In this document: positions 22,939-32,561 of the stretch, piece by piece
Position numbering within the stretch: the stretch's first letter is position 1
Layout: each line of letters starts with the position of its first letter
Assembly (NCBI GenBank): GCA_017482415.1
Contig: JAFUMY010000112.1
Coordinates: forward strand, 1 to 48,674
Length of the DNA stretch: 48,674 bases
Direction: 5' to 3'
From: Clostridia bacterium
Lineage (GTDB): Bacteria > Bacillota > Clostridia > Christensenellales > Borkfalkiaceae
The notes under the pieces: generated by a model
What the model was told of the DNA's origin: nothing
The model's database searches: none
Seen by the model: the letters and a program-made list of their open reading frames with translations, nothing else
Program-made: the position numbers and the translations under genes

Positions 22939-24285
22939 ATGAAAAAAGAAAAAATAACGGCTGAAAATGATTTCAACGCGACCATGCCTGTTGCAAATCA
23001 ACAAAAACGAAGCAAGAAACGCGCCGTGGGGCGTGCACTTTTGGCGGTCGGCTTGGCGATTGTATTCTTTGGAATGGGGGCACTCGTGTTTTGGCTGTCG
23101 CTCGATTCGGAAATGCGCAGCCTCATCAAAGTAAAGGATACGATTGATCGGAGATACTATCAAGAGATAGAGGATGAAAAATTTTACGGCGCAGTCTTTT
23201 CGGCAATCAATAACGAGGTGCTGGATAGATACTCTTGCTACATGACGACGGATGAGTATGCCGCTTCGAATAGCGATATGGCAGGGGAGCGCAGCGGGCT
23301 GGGAATCGTATTCTCCACGCAGGCGGAGGACGGCTCTCAGCAGCTGGCGGTTATACGCGTTTGCGGCAATTCACCTGCGGAACAAGCAGGGCTTCGCGCT
23401 GGCGATTACGTCGTCGGGTTCGGGAAAGACCAAACCGCTTTAAAAGATAGTGTGGCATTCGACGAGTTGTCGGCGTTTTTGGAAACCTGTAAAACAGGGG
23501 AAAACTTTTTTATAAAGGTACGCACAGGCGCGGCGGATAAGGTTTTGACGATTGCGAAAGCCGAATATGTAGAAAATCATGTTTTTTATCGCAGTGCGAC
23601 CTCGGCGTTCGGCTTCACGGGCGCTGACGCAACGGTAAAGACGGCGGTAGGCGAGCCGCTGACGTGCTTGGATGAAGAAACCGCTTATATCCGCTTGCGG
23701 CAATTCGGTGGAAAGGCGGTAGAGGAATTCGAGCAGGCGATGGAAATTTTCCGCAGCGAGAAAAAGAAGAATTTGGTACTCGACCTTCGGGACAACGGCG
23801 GCGGATATTTAGACGTTATGCAGGAGATTGCAGGTTTTTTCTGTAAAAACACATCGGGAAAGCCCGTTGTTGCGATTGCCGATTATGGCGAAAAACAGGA
23901 AAAATTTCATGCGAAGAGAAACGTTTACGATGAATATTTTCAAGCGGACAGTCGCATTTGTATACTTGCGAACGGCAATACGGCTTCGGCTTCGGAAAGC
24001 TTAATGGGCTGCATGATTGATTATGGCGCGACGAAATATGCCGACGTTTGTTTGACGGAATGGGACGGCGTTGCGAAGACGTACGGAAAGGGAATCATGC
24101 AGGCGACTTATTATTTGGGATTAAAGAAGGATGCCTTGAAATTGACGACGGCGGAAATTAAATGGCCTTCGGGGAACAGTATTCACGCAAGAGGGGTTTT
24201 GAGTACGGACGGTACGAAAACGGTCAAGGGTGAAGGGCTCGATGAAACCGAGCTTGTTCATGCGATTGAAGCACTGTTTCAATAA
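22939..24285 (+). CDS. S41-family C-terminal processing peptidase with N-terminal membrane anchor and PDZ domain (448 aa)
   Basis: TM segment ALLAVGLAIVFFGMGALVFWL. PDZ-like NSPAEQAGLRAGDYVVGFG. S41 motifs LDLRDNGGGY, the NGNTASASE catalytic-Ser region, and the TYGKG Lys region. ATG 22939 lies 5 nt after AAGGAAGGAG; the track start at 22912 is 9 codons upstream. Confidence 0.85.
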   Translation: MKKEKITAENDFNATMPVANQQKRSKKRAVGRALLAVGLAIVFFGMGALVFWLSLDSEMRSLIKVKDTIDRRYYQEIEDEKFYGAVFSAINNEVLDRYSCYMTTDEYAASNSDMAGERSGLGIVFSTQAEDGSQQLAVIRVCGNSPAEQAGLRAGDYVVGFGKDQTALKDSVAFDELSAFLETCKTGENFFIKVRTGAADKVLTIAKAEYVENHVFYRSATSAFGFTGADATVKTAVGEPLTCLDEETAYIRLRQFGGKAVEEFEQAMEIFRSEKKKNLVLDLRDNGGGYLDVMQEIAGFFCKNTSGKPVVAIADYGEKQEKFHAKRNVYDEYFQADSRICILANGNTASASESLMGCMIDYGATKYADVCLTEWDGVAKTYGKGIMQATYYLGLKKDALKLTTAEIKWPSGNSIHARGVLSTDGTKTVKGEGLDETELVHAIEALFQ

Positions 24286-24320
24286 GTTTTGATATAGCAG
24301 GTACGAGTTGAGTATATAAA

Positions 24321-24354
24321 CAGGAGCGCGCGTCCCATGGGACGCGCGCTCCTG
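24321..24354. other. GC-rich perfect hairpin at the symmetry axis; resembles a bidirectional intrinsic terminator
   Basis: aaa-caggagcgcgcgtccca|tgggacgcgcgctcctg-ttt. The axis falls between 24337 and 24338 within CCATGG. The hairpin lies 36-69 nt after the peptidase stop codon on either arm. Confidence 0.6.
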
Positions 24355-24389
24355 TTTATATACTCAACTCGTACCTGCTATATCAAAAC

Positions 24390-25736
24390 TTATTGAAACA
24401 GTGCTTCAATCGCATGAACAAGCTCGGTTTCATCGAGCCCTTCACCCTTGACCGTTTTCGTACCGTCCGTACTCAAAACCCCTCTTGCGTGAATACTGTT
24501 CCCCGAAGGCCATTTAATTTCCGCCGTCGTCAATTTCAAGGCATCCTTCTTTAATCCCAAATAATAAGTCGCCTGCATGATTCCCTTTCCGTACGTCTTC
24601 GCAACGCCGTCCCATTCCGTCAAACAAACGTCGGCATATTTCGTCGCGCCATAATCAATCATGCAGCCCATTAAGCTTTCCGAAGCCGAAGCCGTATTGC
24701 CGTTCGCAAGTATACAAATGCGACTGTCCGCTTGAAAATATTCATCGTAAACGTTTCTCTTCGCATGAAATTTTTCCTGTTTTTCGCCATAATCGGCAAT
24801 CGCAACAACGGGCTTTCCCGATGTGTTTTTACAGAAAAAACCTGCAATCTCCTGCATAACGTCTAAATATCCGCCGCCGTTGTCCCGAAGGTCGAGTACC
24901 AAATTCTTCTTTTTCTCGCTGCGGAAAATTTCCATCGCCTGCTCGAATTCCTCTACCGCCTTTCCACCGAATTGCCGCAAGCGGATATAAGCGGTTTCTT
25001 CATCCAAGCACGTCAGCGGCTCGCCTACCGCCGTCTTTACCGTTGCGTCAGCGCCCGTGAAGCCGAACGCCGAGGTCGCACTGCGATAAAAAACATGATT
25101 TTCTACATATTCGGCTTTCGCAATCGTCAAAACCTTATCCGCCGCGCCTGTGCGTACCTTTATAAAAAAGTTTTCCCCTGTTTTACAGGTTTCCAAAAAC
25201 GCCGACAACTCGTCGAATGCCACACTATCTTTTAAAGCGGTTTGGTCTTTCCCGAACCCGACGACGTAATCGCCAGCGCGAAGCCCTGCTTGTTCCGCAG
25301 GTGAATTGCCGCAAACGCGTATAACCGCCAGCTGCTGAGAGCCGTCCTCCGCCTGCGTGGAGAATACGATTCCCAGCCCGCTGCGCTCCCCTGCCATATC
25401 GCTATTCGAAGCGGCATACTCATCCGTCGTCATGTAGCAAGAGTATCTATCCAGCACCTCGTTATTGATTGCCGAAAAGACTGCGCCGTAAAATTTTTCA
25501 TCCTCTATCTCTTGATAGTATCTCCGATCAATCGTATCCTTTACTTTGATGAGGCTGCGCATTTCCGAATCGAGCGACAGCCAAAACACGAGTGCCCCCA
25601 TTCCAAAGAATACAATCGCCAAGCCGACCGCCAAAAGTGCACGCCCCACGGCGCGTTTCTTGCTTCGTTTTTGTTGATTTGCAACAGGCATGGTCGCGTT
25701 GAAATCATTTTCAGCCGTTATTTTTTCTTTTTTCAT
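24390..25736 (-). CDS. S41-family peptidase, mirror copy of 22939..24285
   Basis: Identical translation in the ORF track (24390..25763- equals 22912..24285+). Confidence 0.85.
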   Translation of the reverse strand: MKKEKITAENDFNATMPVANQQKRSKKRAVGRALLAVGLAIVFFGMGALVFWLSLDSEMRSLIKVKDTIDRRYYQEIEDEKFYGAVFSAINNEVLDRYSCYMTTDEYAASNSDMAGERSGLGIVFSTQAEDGSQQLAVIRVCGNSPAEQAGLRAGDYVVGFGKDQTALKDSVAFDELSAFLETCKTGENFFIKVRTGAADKVLTIAKAEYVENHVFYRSATSAFGFTGADATVKTAVGEPLTCLDEETAYIRLRQFGGKAVEEFEQAMEIFRSEKKKNLVLDLRDNGGGYLDVMQEIAGFFCKNTSGKPVVAIADYGEKQEKFHAKRNVYDEYFQADSRICILANGNTASASESLMGCMIDYGATKYADVCLTEWDGVAKTYGKGIMQATYYLGLKKDALKLTTAEIKWPSGNSIHARGVLSTDGTKTVKGEGLDETELVHAIEALFQ

Positions 25737-25824
25737 TTCGGCTCCTTCCTTATTTAAGTCCATGATATAATTGTACCCGTTCAGACGTAAAAATATAGCA
25801 TCTCAACGGGTATTTCATCGTATT

Positions 25825-26838
25825 TTATTTTTTGATTAGGCGGTGTAAAATCGTCAAAACTCGGAAGGAAACCGCATCCGAGAAGGAACGAATATTCAAG
25901 CCCGTCGCCTTTTCAATTTTATCCAAACGATACAAAAGGGTATTGCGGTGCATATACAGATTTCTCGACGTTTCGCTGACGTTTAAGCTACACTGCAAAA
26001 AGGTTTCCGCCGTACACAGCATTTCCTCGTCCTCGAACACCTCTTTAAAGCTCGTTTCCGACATTTCGGACAGATATTCCGCAAGCTTGCTTTCGGGAAT
26101 ATCCTCAAGCAACTTCGCCAAAAGGAATTCTCTATATGAATGCACGTTGCCCTGCAATTCGAACACGTCCGCATAGCGCAAGGTATTTTCTGCGCCCGTA
26201 TAGGATAATCCGATATCTTTCAGCTCTCTTACCGTCTGCCCAACCCCTGCACATGCGTCCAAGCCGAGCTCTTCCTTTAACGACTGTACCAAAAACTCCG
26301 CATAATCAACGGAGGAACGGTACTCGCTCCCCTCTTCCGCAAATTTTACAAGCACGCAGGTGTCCTCATTCATTTGCACGGCGGTATCCAAGCTGTTTCC
26401 GCCATACTGTTCGAGTACGGAAAGGGTCTCTTTCATGAGCTTGGGAATACGCAGCGCAATCGCAAAACACGGCGCACCTTTCAGGGAATATTTCGTCATA
26501 TATTTATATATACTCATCGAGGAGCATTCCCCGAGCAGAATCCGCTTTAGAAATTCCGTTTTTGAAAGCTCGGTTTCCTTTTCAGAAAAACTCTCGATAA
26601 ACGAGGGCAATAACACCGCATAGTTTTTCTGCGTTTCCCCTGCCCCGTCAAGGACACCGATATACCCTACGTTTTTATACAGAAAGCGGAAATAGGTATA
26701 CTGACCGTCGTCCGTGTATCCTTCAAAGGCGCGGTCGCAAACAGGTATATCCTTTGGATGCGTGTTTTCGACGTAATATCGCATGCAAATCCCCATTTTT
26801 TGCATGAGCTCTTGTGTAATTTTTTCGAGTTCGGCCAT
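25825..26838 (-). CDS. PucR/CdaR-family regulator, mirror copy of 21837..22850
   Basis: Identical translation; coordinates sum to 48675. Confidence 0.8.
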   Translation of the reverse strand: MAELEKITQELMQKMGICMRYYVENTHPKDIPVCDRAFEGYTDDGQYTYFRFLYKNVGYIGVLDGAGETQKNYAVLLPSFIESFSEKETELSKTEFLKRILLGECSSMSIYKYMTKYSLKGAPCFAIALRIPKLMKETLSVLEQYGGNSLDTAVQMNEDTCVLVKFAEEGSEYRSSVDYAEFLVQSLKEELGLDACAGVGQTVRELKDIGLSYTGAENTLRYADVFELQGNVHSYREFLLAKLLEDIPESKLAEYLSEMSETSFKEVFEDEEMLCTAETFLQCSLNVSETSRNLYMHRNTLLYRLDKIEKATGLNIRSFSDAVSFRVLTILHRLIKK

Positions 26839-26904
26839 ACTTTTCCCCTTGAAACGAATGCAGTTTATATCACTTCGTTTCCTCGTTGATTCTCTAACCA
26901 TTTT

Positions 26905-26933
26905 ATTATACCGCAAAATGAAAAAAATTTCAA
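26905..26933 (-). promoter_or_regulatory. Mirror copy of the PucR-regulator promoter
   Basis: Reverse complement of 21742..21770. Confidence 0.55.
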
Positions 26934-27076
26934 GGGTTTTCGAGTATTTTTTACGATTCGTTTACAGTCTTAATGTGTAGCTATAAAAAAGCGCGGTCTA
27001 TATAATTCCCTAAAGGGAAAATAATAAAAAAATTGAGATTTTCTCGGAAAATATTTAAATTATTCATCTTGAAGTA

Positions 27077-27105
27077 TTGACATCCTCTTTTAAAAGTGTT
27101 ATAAT
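27077..27105 (+). promoter_or_regulatory. Mirror copy of the membrane-protein promoter (TTGACA, 17 nt, TGtTATAAT)
   Basis: Read directly: ttgaca at 27077-27082, tataat at 27100-27105, with tg at 27097-27098. Confidence 0.6.
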
Positions 27106-27192
27106 ACTGTAAAATGAATCATTTTATCGATAGCTTTGTCTATACATAGTCTGGAGAGAAGGAAATTCAAAAATATTTTCAGGAGAATTGTT

Positions 27193-28494
27193 ATGAGTAA
27201 CACCAACACCCAAAAACAGAAAAAGAACGTTGGCTACCGTCTTCTTGCGGCACTTTTCATCGTTCTTAGCGTAGTCGCTTTGTTGCTCCCCGTTAAGGTA
27301 TTGACCGGTGGCGTTTGCGGCTTTTTCGCAGTAGAAGAAATGAGCATCCTCGACGCTGTTCTTAAAGCGTTTAAATCGGATTTTAGTCCTTTCTTGACAG
27401 AAAGCTCTTTACTCGGTCTTGTAGCCGGTATTTCCCTCTACGCGATCGTTGCGGTTGTTCTTTTAACTGTAATTTTAGGTTTAATCGCTATTTTCTCGGG
27501 CAAAAAGGCACCTGGTCTTGCACGTGCAATCTGCTTCTTCATGTTCTGGGGATTCCTTGCATACGGCCTGTCAATTATTGCGATTACTTCTTATTGCGCA
27601 ATTCTTGAAGTTGCCTTTGATATTATTTCCTTGGCACTTGCTTTGGTAGCATTCTTGTTCTACTTGATTCTTGCGCTTGTTAAAAACGGTAAATCCGTTT
27701 GGATTGAAGTGCTTCAATTCCTCCTCTGCGTTGTTTATATCGTAGCCATCATGTTGGCAATGACGCACGAAAGCGACGCGGTATCCGCAGCATTGGCTGA
27801 CAGCCTTCTTTGCAAGATACTCATGCTCGTTATCGTAGCTTGGGCAGCACTCAACCTCTTGTTTGGTTTCTTACGTATTATGAATGCGAAAGGCGTTCGC
27901 GGTTCCGTTGCGCGCTACATCATTTCGATGTTCTTTGCAATTTGCTGCTGCGTAGTGTTCATCATCTGCAAGCTCGACAGCGCTTCCTACCACATCTTCT
28001 CGATTGCAGCTGCGCTCGTTGCCTTGATTCAAATCATCATTGTAAACTTACAGCTTAAGAATGCACAAAAGAAAGCTTTGAAAGAAAAAGAAGAGAGCGT
28101 ACATAAGACCTTCCGCGTAGAAGAATATGCAGAAGCATACGCATATGAAGGCGGCCCTATCGCCGGTATCGTTATGGCAAAAGAAGTTAACCCTTCCGAG
28201 CTCTCTATCGATAAGCTTCCCAAGAAAGCAGAAACCGCTGGTTACGACTTCTTCAACTGCAAGAGCTTTGACCCGTTCATCGCTATGCTTGACGGTCAGG
28301 AAAGAAGAGAATTTACCGAACTTTTCATCCTTAGATGGAAAGGCGTTATGCCCGAAATCCCCGACTACGTTGTAGGCGGCGATAACGAAGAATTCTTCCG
28401 TAAGTTGTTCATCTACCTCGGTCAGTACAGAGATAGAATCCCTAGCGGTCTTCTCGGTAAAATTTACCAGTACTCCACGAAACAGATGTTCTAA
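27193..28494 (+). CDS. Hypothetical membrane protein, mirror copy of 20181..21482
   Basis: Identical translation; AGGAGA-attgtt-ATG at 27181-27195. Confidence 0.75.
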   Translation: MSNTNTQKQKKNVGYRLLAALFIVLSVVALLLPVKVLTGGVCGFFAVEEMSILDAVLKAFKSDFSPFLTESSLLGLVAGISLYAIVAVVLLTVILGLIAIFSGKKAPGLARAICFFMFWGFLAYGLSIIAITSYCAILEVAFDIISLALALVAFLFYLILALVKNGKSVWIEVLQFLLCVVYIVAIMLAMTHESDAVSAALADSLLCKILMLVIVAWAALNLLFGFLRIMNAKGVRGSVARYIISMFFAICCCVVFIICKLDSASYHIFSIAAALVALIQIIIVNLQLKNAQKKALKEKEESVHKTFRVEEYAEAYAYEGGPIAGIVMAKEVNPSELSIDKLPKKAETAGYDFFNCKSFDPFIAMLDGQERREFTELFILRWKGVMPEIPDYVVGGDNEEFFRKLFIYLGQYRDRIPSGLLGKIYQYSTKQMF

Positions 28495-28522
28495 GCTTTC
28501 AGACGAACTCTCTTGAAATGCA

Positions 28523-28551
28523 AACCCCCGATGCATTAAGCATCGGGGGTT
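28523..28551 (+). terminator. Mirror copy of the terminator at 20124..20152
   Basis: aacccccgatgc-attaa-gcatcgggggtt followed by ctttatata. Confidence 0.7.
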
Positions 28552-28574
28552 CTTTATATACAAATGAAAATTTG

Positions 28575-28608
28575 AAAGCGGTGAAAAGTATCTACTTTTC
28601 ACCGCTTT
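28575..28608 (-). terminator. Mirror copy of the terminator at 20067..20100
   Basis: Reverse complement of the left-arm hairpin. Confidence 0.75.
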
Positions 28609-28621
28609 TTTATCGTATGCG

Positions 28622-28981
28622 TTATAATAATTCAATCAACACACGAATGCCGCCTTGCTCTGAAAAAACTCGTTCTTTGCACAGCTGCTTCACCAAAAAC
28701 AAGCCCCTGCCGTGTTCGGAATATACGTCCGAACAGAAAATTTCTTGGGGTAACACGAATGCCTTATCCGACAAGATTTTTAACTCGATAAAGCCTTCCT
28801 TGATTTCGCCGTGCAGCTCGGCAACGCTTTCCGCATGCTTCAAAACGTTTCCGACCAACTCGCACGCCACAAGCTTACTGTCAAATATCCGCTCGGGTGC
28901 GACCGACCTTTCTTCCAAGAAACCGCTAAGCGCCTCCAAAGCGTAGTCCAAACCCTCATAATCCTTAATCCTGAAAAACAT
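28622..28981 (-). CDS. RsbW/SpoIIAB-like anti-sigma kinase, mirror copy of 19694..20053
   Basis: Identical translation. Confidence 0.65.
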   Translation of the reverse strand: MFFRIKDYEGLDYALEALSGFLEERSVAPERIFDSKLVACELVGNVLKHAESVAELHGEIKEGFIELKILSDKAFVLPQEIFCSDVYSEHGRGLFLVKQLCKERVFSEQGGIRVLIELL

Positions 28982-28992
28982 CTTCACCCTCC

Positions 28993-29727
28993 TTATATAG
29001 AGTCTTTTAGATTGTCTTTCAATCTTAAAAGCAGCTTCCGTTCCATTCTCGAAACGAACATTTGAGAAACCCCCAACCGCTTCGCCGTTTCACTTTGCGA
29101 CAGCTCGTCAACGTAACGGAACTTGATAAGCGCGCGCTCAGTATCCGAAAAATCCTTCATCGCCGCACGCAGAGTTTCCTTCATTTCAAAATCCTCGTAC
29201 TTATCCTCGCCGTCCGAAAGCAGAGCATAAAGAGTTCGGTCCTCTTCTTCACCGCCGCTTGCCATTCCGTCGAGCGACACTGTTCCGCCGATTTCCAGCG
29301 CCCGTACAACGTCTTCTTCCGATATAGCCAACGCCTCGGCGATTACCCTAACGCTCGGTTTTACTCCGTTTTTCGCCTCGTAATCCAAAGAAAAGGCACG
29401 AATCTGCGCAGCATTTTCACCAAGCCGTCTCGGCAGCTTAATCATACGCGATTTATCACGGAAATAATTCTTGATTTCCCCCGTAATCGTCGGCGTGATA
29501 AAGGTCGTGAACTGCATTCCCAAAGCAGGATCGAACCGGTCGATTCCACGCAAAAGCGCGTACGACGCTACTTGCTTTAAATCGTCGTACTCCACTCCTC
29601 GCCCTACAAATTTTTTAGCAAGGATATCGGCTATGTAGAGATATTTCTCAGCGATTTCGTTACGAATACGAATATCGCCGCTCTCTTTGTAGCGCTGAAA
29701 CAGCTCGTTTGTTCTTTCGTCTGCCAT
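28993..29727 (-). CDS. SigB/F/G-type sigma factor, mirror copy of 18948..19682
   Basis: Identical translation. Confidence 0.9.
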   Translation of the reverse strand: MADERTNELFQRYKESGDIRIRNEIAEKYLYIADILAKKFVGRGVEYDDLKQVASYALLRGIDRFDPALGMQFTTFITPTITGEIKNYFRDKSRMIKLPRRLGENAAQIRAFSLDYEAKNGVKPSVRVIAEALAISEEDVVRALEIGGTVSLDGMASGGEEEDRTLYALLSDGEDKYEDFEMKETLRAAMKDFSDTERALIKFRYVDELSQSETAKRLGVSQMFVSRMERKLLLRLKDNLKDSI

Positions 29728-29729
29728 TT

Positions 29730-30086
29730 TTAGCCTTCAAATCCGATTTCCGTTACCCGACCGTTTTCGTCCGTTACGAACTTGACCTCGCCAAGCAGTG
29801 CCGAAAGCAACGCGCGCGAAATCTCATCCTCAAAGCCTTCTATCCTTTCGCCGCAAGCACCCGTGCCGACCACGCGGCAAGCAAGTGCTTCCCCAACGGT
29901 AAATTCAATCGCTGCCGTAGCGTATCCGTTGCGTTTCAAAATCAATAAGCTTTCCGTTACGCATACCTTATAATCCTCGGCAAGATCCACGTCAAAACCG
30001 ACGAGGGAACAAAGCCCACCCGTCGTCAAACGCACCGTCGTTAAATATTCGCCCGTTACAGGCAATTGTACCGAAAATTTATCCAT
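29730..30086 (-). CDS. Degenerate RsbW-like protein, mirror copy of 18589..18945
   Basis: Identical translation. Confidence 0.55.
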   Translation of the reverse strand: MDKFSVQLPVTGEYLTTVRLTTGGLCSLVGFDVDLAEDYKVCVTESLLILKRNGYATAAIEFTVGEALACRVVGTGACGERIEGFEDEISRALLSALLGEVKFVTDENGRVTEIGFEG

Positions 30087-30087
30087 A

Positions 30088-30396
30088 TTAGGCAATCTCC
30101 ATAATCGAATCAAGCGAGCAGATCAAAAACAGCTTTTTAATCTTCGACTGCAAATTGATAAGCTTCATCGTATGCCCGTTCTGCTTTACCGTCTTTAAAA
30201 TTTTCACAAACGTACCCAGCGTCGTGCTGTCGATGAAATTTAATTTCTCGCAATCAAATATAATATCTCTGGAAACAGCGCGGTATTCGTCCATTACCGC
30301 TTCATAAAAACGCTCTGCATTCCCAAGAACAATATCTCCCGACAATGCAATTTTTAAGCCGTTTTCACTCTTTTCAAGCAACGTTACTTCTTCCAT
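30088..30396 (-). CDS. STAS anti-sigma antagonist, mirror copy of 18279..18587
   Basis: Identical translation. Confidence 0.8.
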   Translation of the reverse strand: MEEVTLLEKSENGLKIALSGDIVLGNAERFYEAVMDEYRAVSRDIIFDCEKLNFIDSTTLGTFVKILKTVKQNGHTMKLINLQSKIKKLFLICSLDSIMEIA

Positions 30397-30479
30397 GCTA
30401 TACCTCCGAATTCAAAATCCTTCTTATTTTTTTATACCGCAAATCCGTCTCCTTTTAAACGGATTTCGAAATATTTTTC

Positions 30480-31424
30480 TCACGCCATAATCGGCAAGAT
30501 ATTTAACAACAGCCCGATTGCGAGCGAAATGCAATAACAAACCCCGATAAGCGTCAAGTTCCGCTTCCATTTCCGCACGTTTTTGAGGAGCACTACAAAC
30601 CCCATACCTGCGTTAGCGCAAAGCCCTGCCGCACAAGACCCAAAGGTGATTCCTTGACTTAAAAAGGTCTCTGTAATCACCACGCTCGACGCGCAGTTGG
30701 GAATCAGTCCGATTGCACAGGTAATGAAGGGCTGTAAAAATCGATTTCTGTGCATAAACGCTTCAAACACGCTCTCGCCGACCGAATGTATAATCGCCGT
30801 CAGCGCAAAGTTTACAAGGAAAATAAATACCGCAACCTTCAACGTGTGAATGATTGGATAGAGCAGATAATTCTTCCATGCGGAATCACCGCCGTGCGAA
30901 CGTCCGCAGGAGCAATTCACCTCAACGTCCTTTTCCTCCTCATAACGTCGAATGAATATCTCATGCACCGTAGTGGGCGCTCCGTCCGTCTCCAACGGCA
31001 TGACGGCGCATACCTGCCTACGTCCTACGAGCCGCATTATCCCGTCCGTGGCATACCCTACCACAACGCCTACGAGAATCTTTACCGCGAGCATGGGCAA
31101 TACCCATTTCGCTCCCTCGCCCGAGGAAAGCATAATGATAAACGCCTCATCGCTCGTCGCCATAAAAATCGCAAGCAGAGTACCGATTGTAATATACTTC
31201 TGCTCAAATAATTTCGCCGCCATAACGGAGAATCCGCACTGTGGAATCAAACCCGTTGCCGAACCAACCAAGGGCCCTAAGCTTTCGCCAAAACGATTGA
31301 TTTTACGAAGGTCGGTCTTACTTTCCAACAATTCAATCAATACGTAAATTAGCAAAATCCAAGGCAATAGCGGCCACGTATCCTTTAATGCGTGCAGCAG
31401 AAATTCAAGTATATGCTCCCACAT
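30480..31424 (-). CDS. Polytopic membrane protein (possible ArsP_2/DUF2899-like), mirror copy of 17251..18195
   Basis: Identical translation. Confidence 0.75.
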   Translation of the reverse strand: MWEHILEFLLHALKDTWPLLPWILLIYVLIELLESKTDLRKINRFGESLGPLVGSATGLIPQCGFSVMAAKLFEQKYITIGTLLAIFMATSDEAFIIMLSSGEGAKWVLPMLAVKILVGVVVGYATDGIMRLVGRRQVCAVMPLETDGAPTTVHEIFIRRYEEEKDVEVNCSCGRSHGGDSAWKNYLLYPIIHTLKVAVFIFLVNFALTAIIHSVGESVFEAFMHRNRFLQPFITCAIGLIPNCASSVVITETFLSQGITFGSCAAGLCANAGMGFVVLLKNVRKWKRNLTLIGVCYCISLAIGLLLNILPIMA

Positions 31425-31430
31425 CTCTAA

Positions 31431-32522
31431 TTACCTCTGCTCCGCTTTTTTTGCGGCGCGGCTTTGTACCGTTTCCAAGGTTGCCGCCAAAGGAATGGAA
31501 GCCTTCGCCGTCAAATCCATTTCGGCAAAGTTCCCCAGTCGGTACTGAACCAACCCCTCCGAAGCAATCATCGCCGCATTGTCTGTGCAATATCTCTTTT
31601 CGGGCAGAACAAGCCTTAAGCCGTTTTCTTCGCAAGCCTTTGCAAGCGAGCTTCTCAAATACCCGTTTGCCGCAACACCGCCGCCTGCCGTAACTACGCG
31701 CACGCCTTTTTCTTTTGCCGCCTGCACCGTCTTTTCTACGAGCACGTCCACCGCTGCGGCTTGGAATGAAGCCGCCACGTCTGCCTTGGAATACGGCTCG
31801 TTTTTCTGCTCTTTCGTGTGACAGTAATTGATGACGGCCGTCTTTAAACCGCTGTATGAGAAATTGTATCCACCGCCGCCTTTGAGCATTTTGGGCATGG
31901 GAATATTCGCAGTACCGCTATTTGCCTCACGCTCGATATTCGGGCCGCCGGGATAGGATAACCCTAATACCCTTGCCACTTTATCGAAGGCTTCGCCTGC
32001 CGCATCGTCAAGCGTCGCGCCGAGAATCTCGAATTCCGCATCCGATTTTGCGTACAAAATCGCCGTGTGACCGCCGCTTGCGAGCAGAGTGACAAATGGA
32101 GCTTCTAAGCTCGGCTCGTCCAAGTACGCCGCAGCAAGATGTCCACGGATATGATTGACTGCAATCAGCGGTTTTTTCAATGCGTATGCAAAGGCTTTTG
32201 CAAAGGACACGCCTACAAGCAGTGCGCCCAACAGCCCTGCGCCGTAGGTAACCGCCACCGCGTCTATATCTTCATAGGTAATCCCTGCGTTTTTCACGGC
32301 GCGTTCAACGACCTCCGCCACCGCGTCCGTATGCGCGCGCGAAGCGATTTCGGGTACTACGCCGCCAAATTGCGCCTGCACCTTTGCCGAGGACGCAATC
32401 TCGTCAGACAGAATCCTTCTGCCCTTGATGACCGCCGCAGCCGTTTCATCGCAAGAGGACTCGATTCCTAAAATAATCGGTTCCGCTTTATGAAGCTCTA
32501 TTTTATCAAGTGAATAATACAT
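31431..32522 (-). CDS. tsaD: TsaD, mirror copy of 16153..17244
   Basis: Identical translation. Confidence 0.93.
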   Translation of the reverse strand: MYYSLDKIELHKAEPIILGIESSCDETAAAVIKGRRILSDEIASSAKVQAQFGGVVPEIASRAHTDAVAEVVERAVKNAGITYEDIDAVAVTYGAGLLGALLVGVSFAKAFAYALKKPLIAVNHIRGHLAAAYLDEPSLEAPFVTLLASGGHTAILYAKSDAEFEILGATLDDAAGEAFDKVARVLGLSYPGGPNIEREANSGTANIPMPKMLKGGGGYNFSYSGLKTAVINYCHTKEQKNEPYSKADVAASFQAAAVDVLVEKTVQAAKEKGVRVVTAGGGVAANGYLRSSLAKACEENGLRLVLPEKRYCTDNAAMIASEGLVQYRLGNFAEMDLTAKASIPLAATLETVQSRAAKKAEQR

Positions 32523-32529
32523 ACCTTTT

Positions 32530-32555
32530 CAAAAAACGGCGGCAAATGCCGCCGT
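32530..32555 (-). terminator. Mirror copy of the prfB terminator-like hairpin
   Basis: Reverse complement of 16120..16145. Confidence 0.65.
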
Positions 32556-32561
32556 ACCTTA

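Larger units (their letters stand above)
1..24337. repeat. Left arm of a window-wide perfect inverted repeat (palindrome); partner arm is 24338..48674
   Basis: Every ORF in the supplied track has a partner on the opposite strand whose coordinates sum to 48675, with an identical translation (e.g. 711..4883+ vs 43792..47964-, 12048..14999+ vs 33676..36627-). The first 30 nt are the exact reverse complement of the last 30 nt. An intergenic spot check (164-240 vs 48435-48511) also matches. I did not verify all 24 kb base by base. Confidence 0.97.

Noticed and set aside
24330-24345. Unremoved hairpin sequencing adaptor at the palindrome centre
   Set aside because: An untrimmed hairpin adaptor would leave a stretch at the axis with an unpaired loop. 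Here the arms abut directly (ccca|tggg), and the central sequence continues the terminator-like genomic hairpin. This does not exclude other fold-back artefacts.
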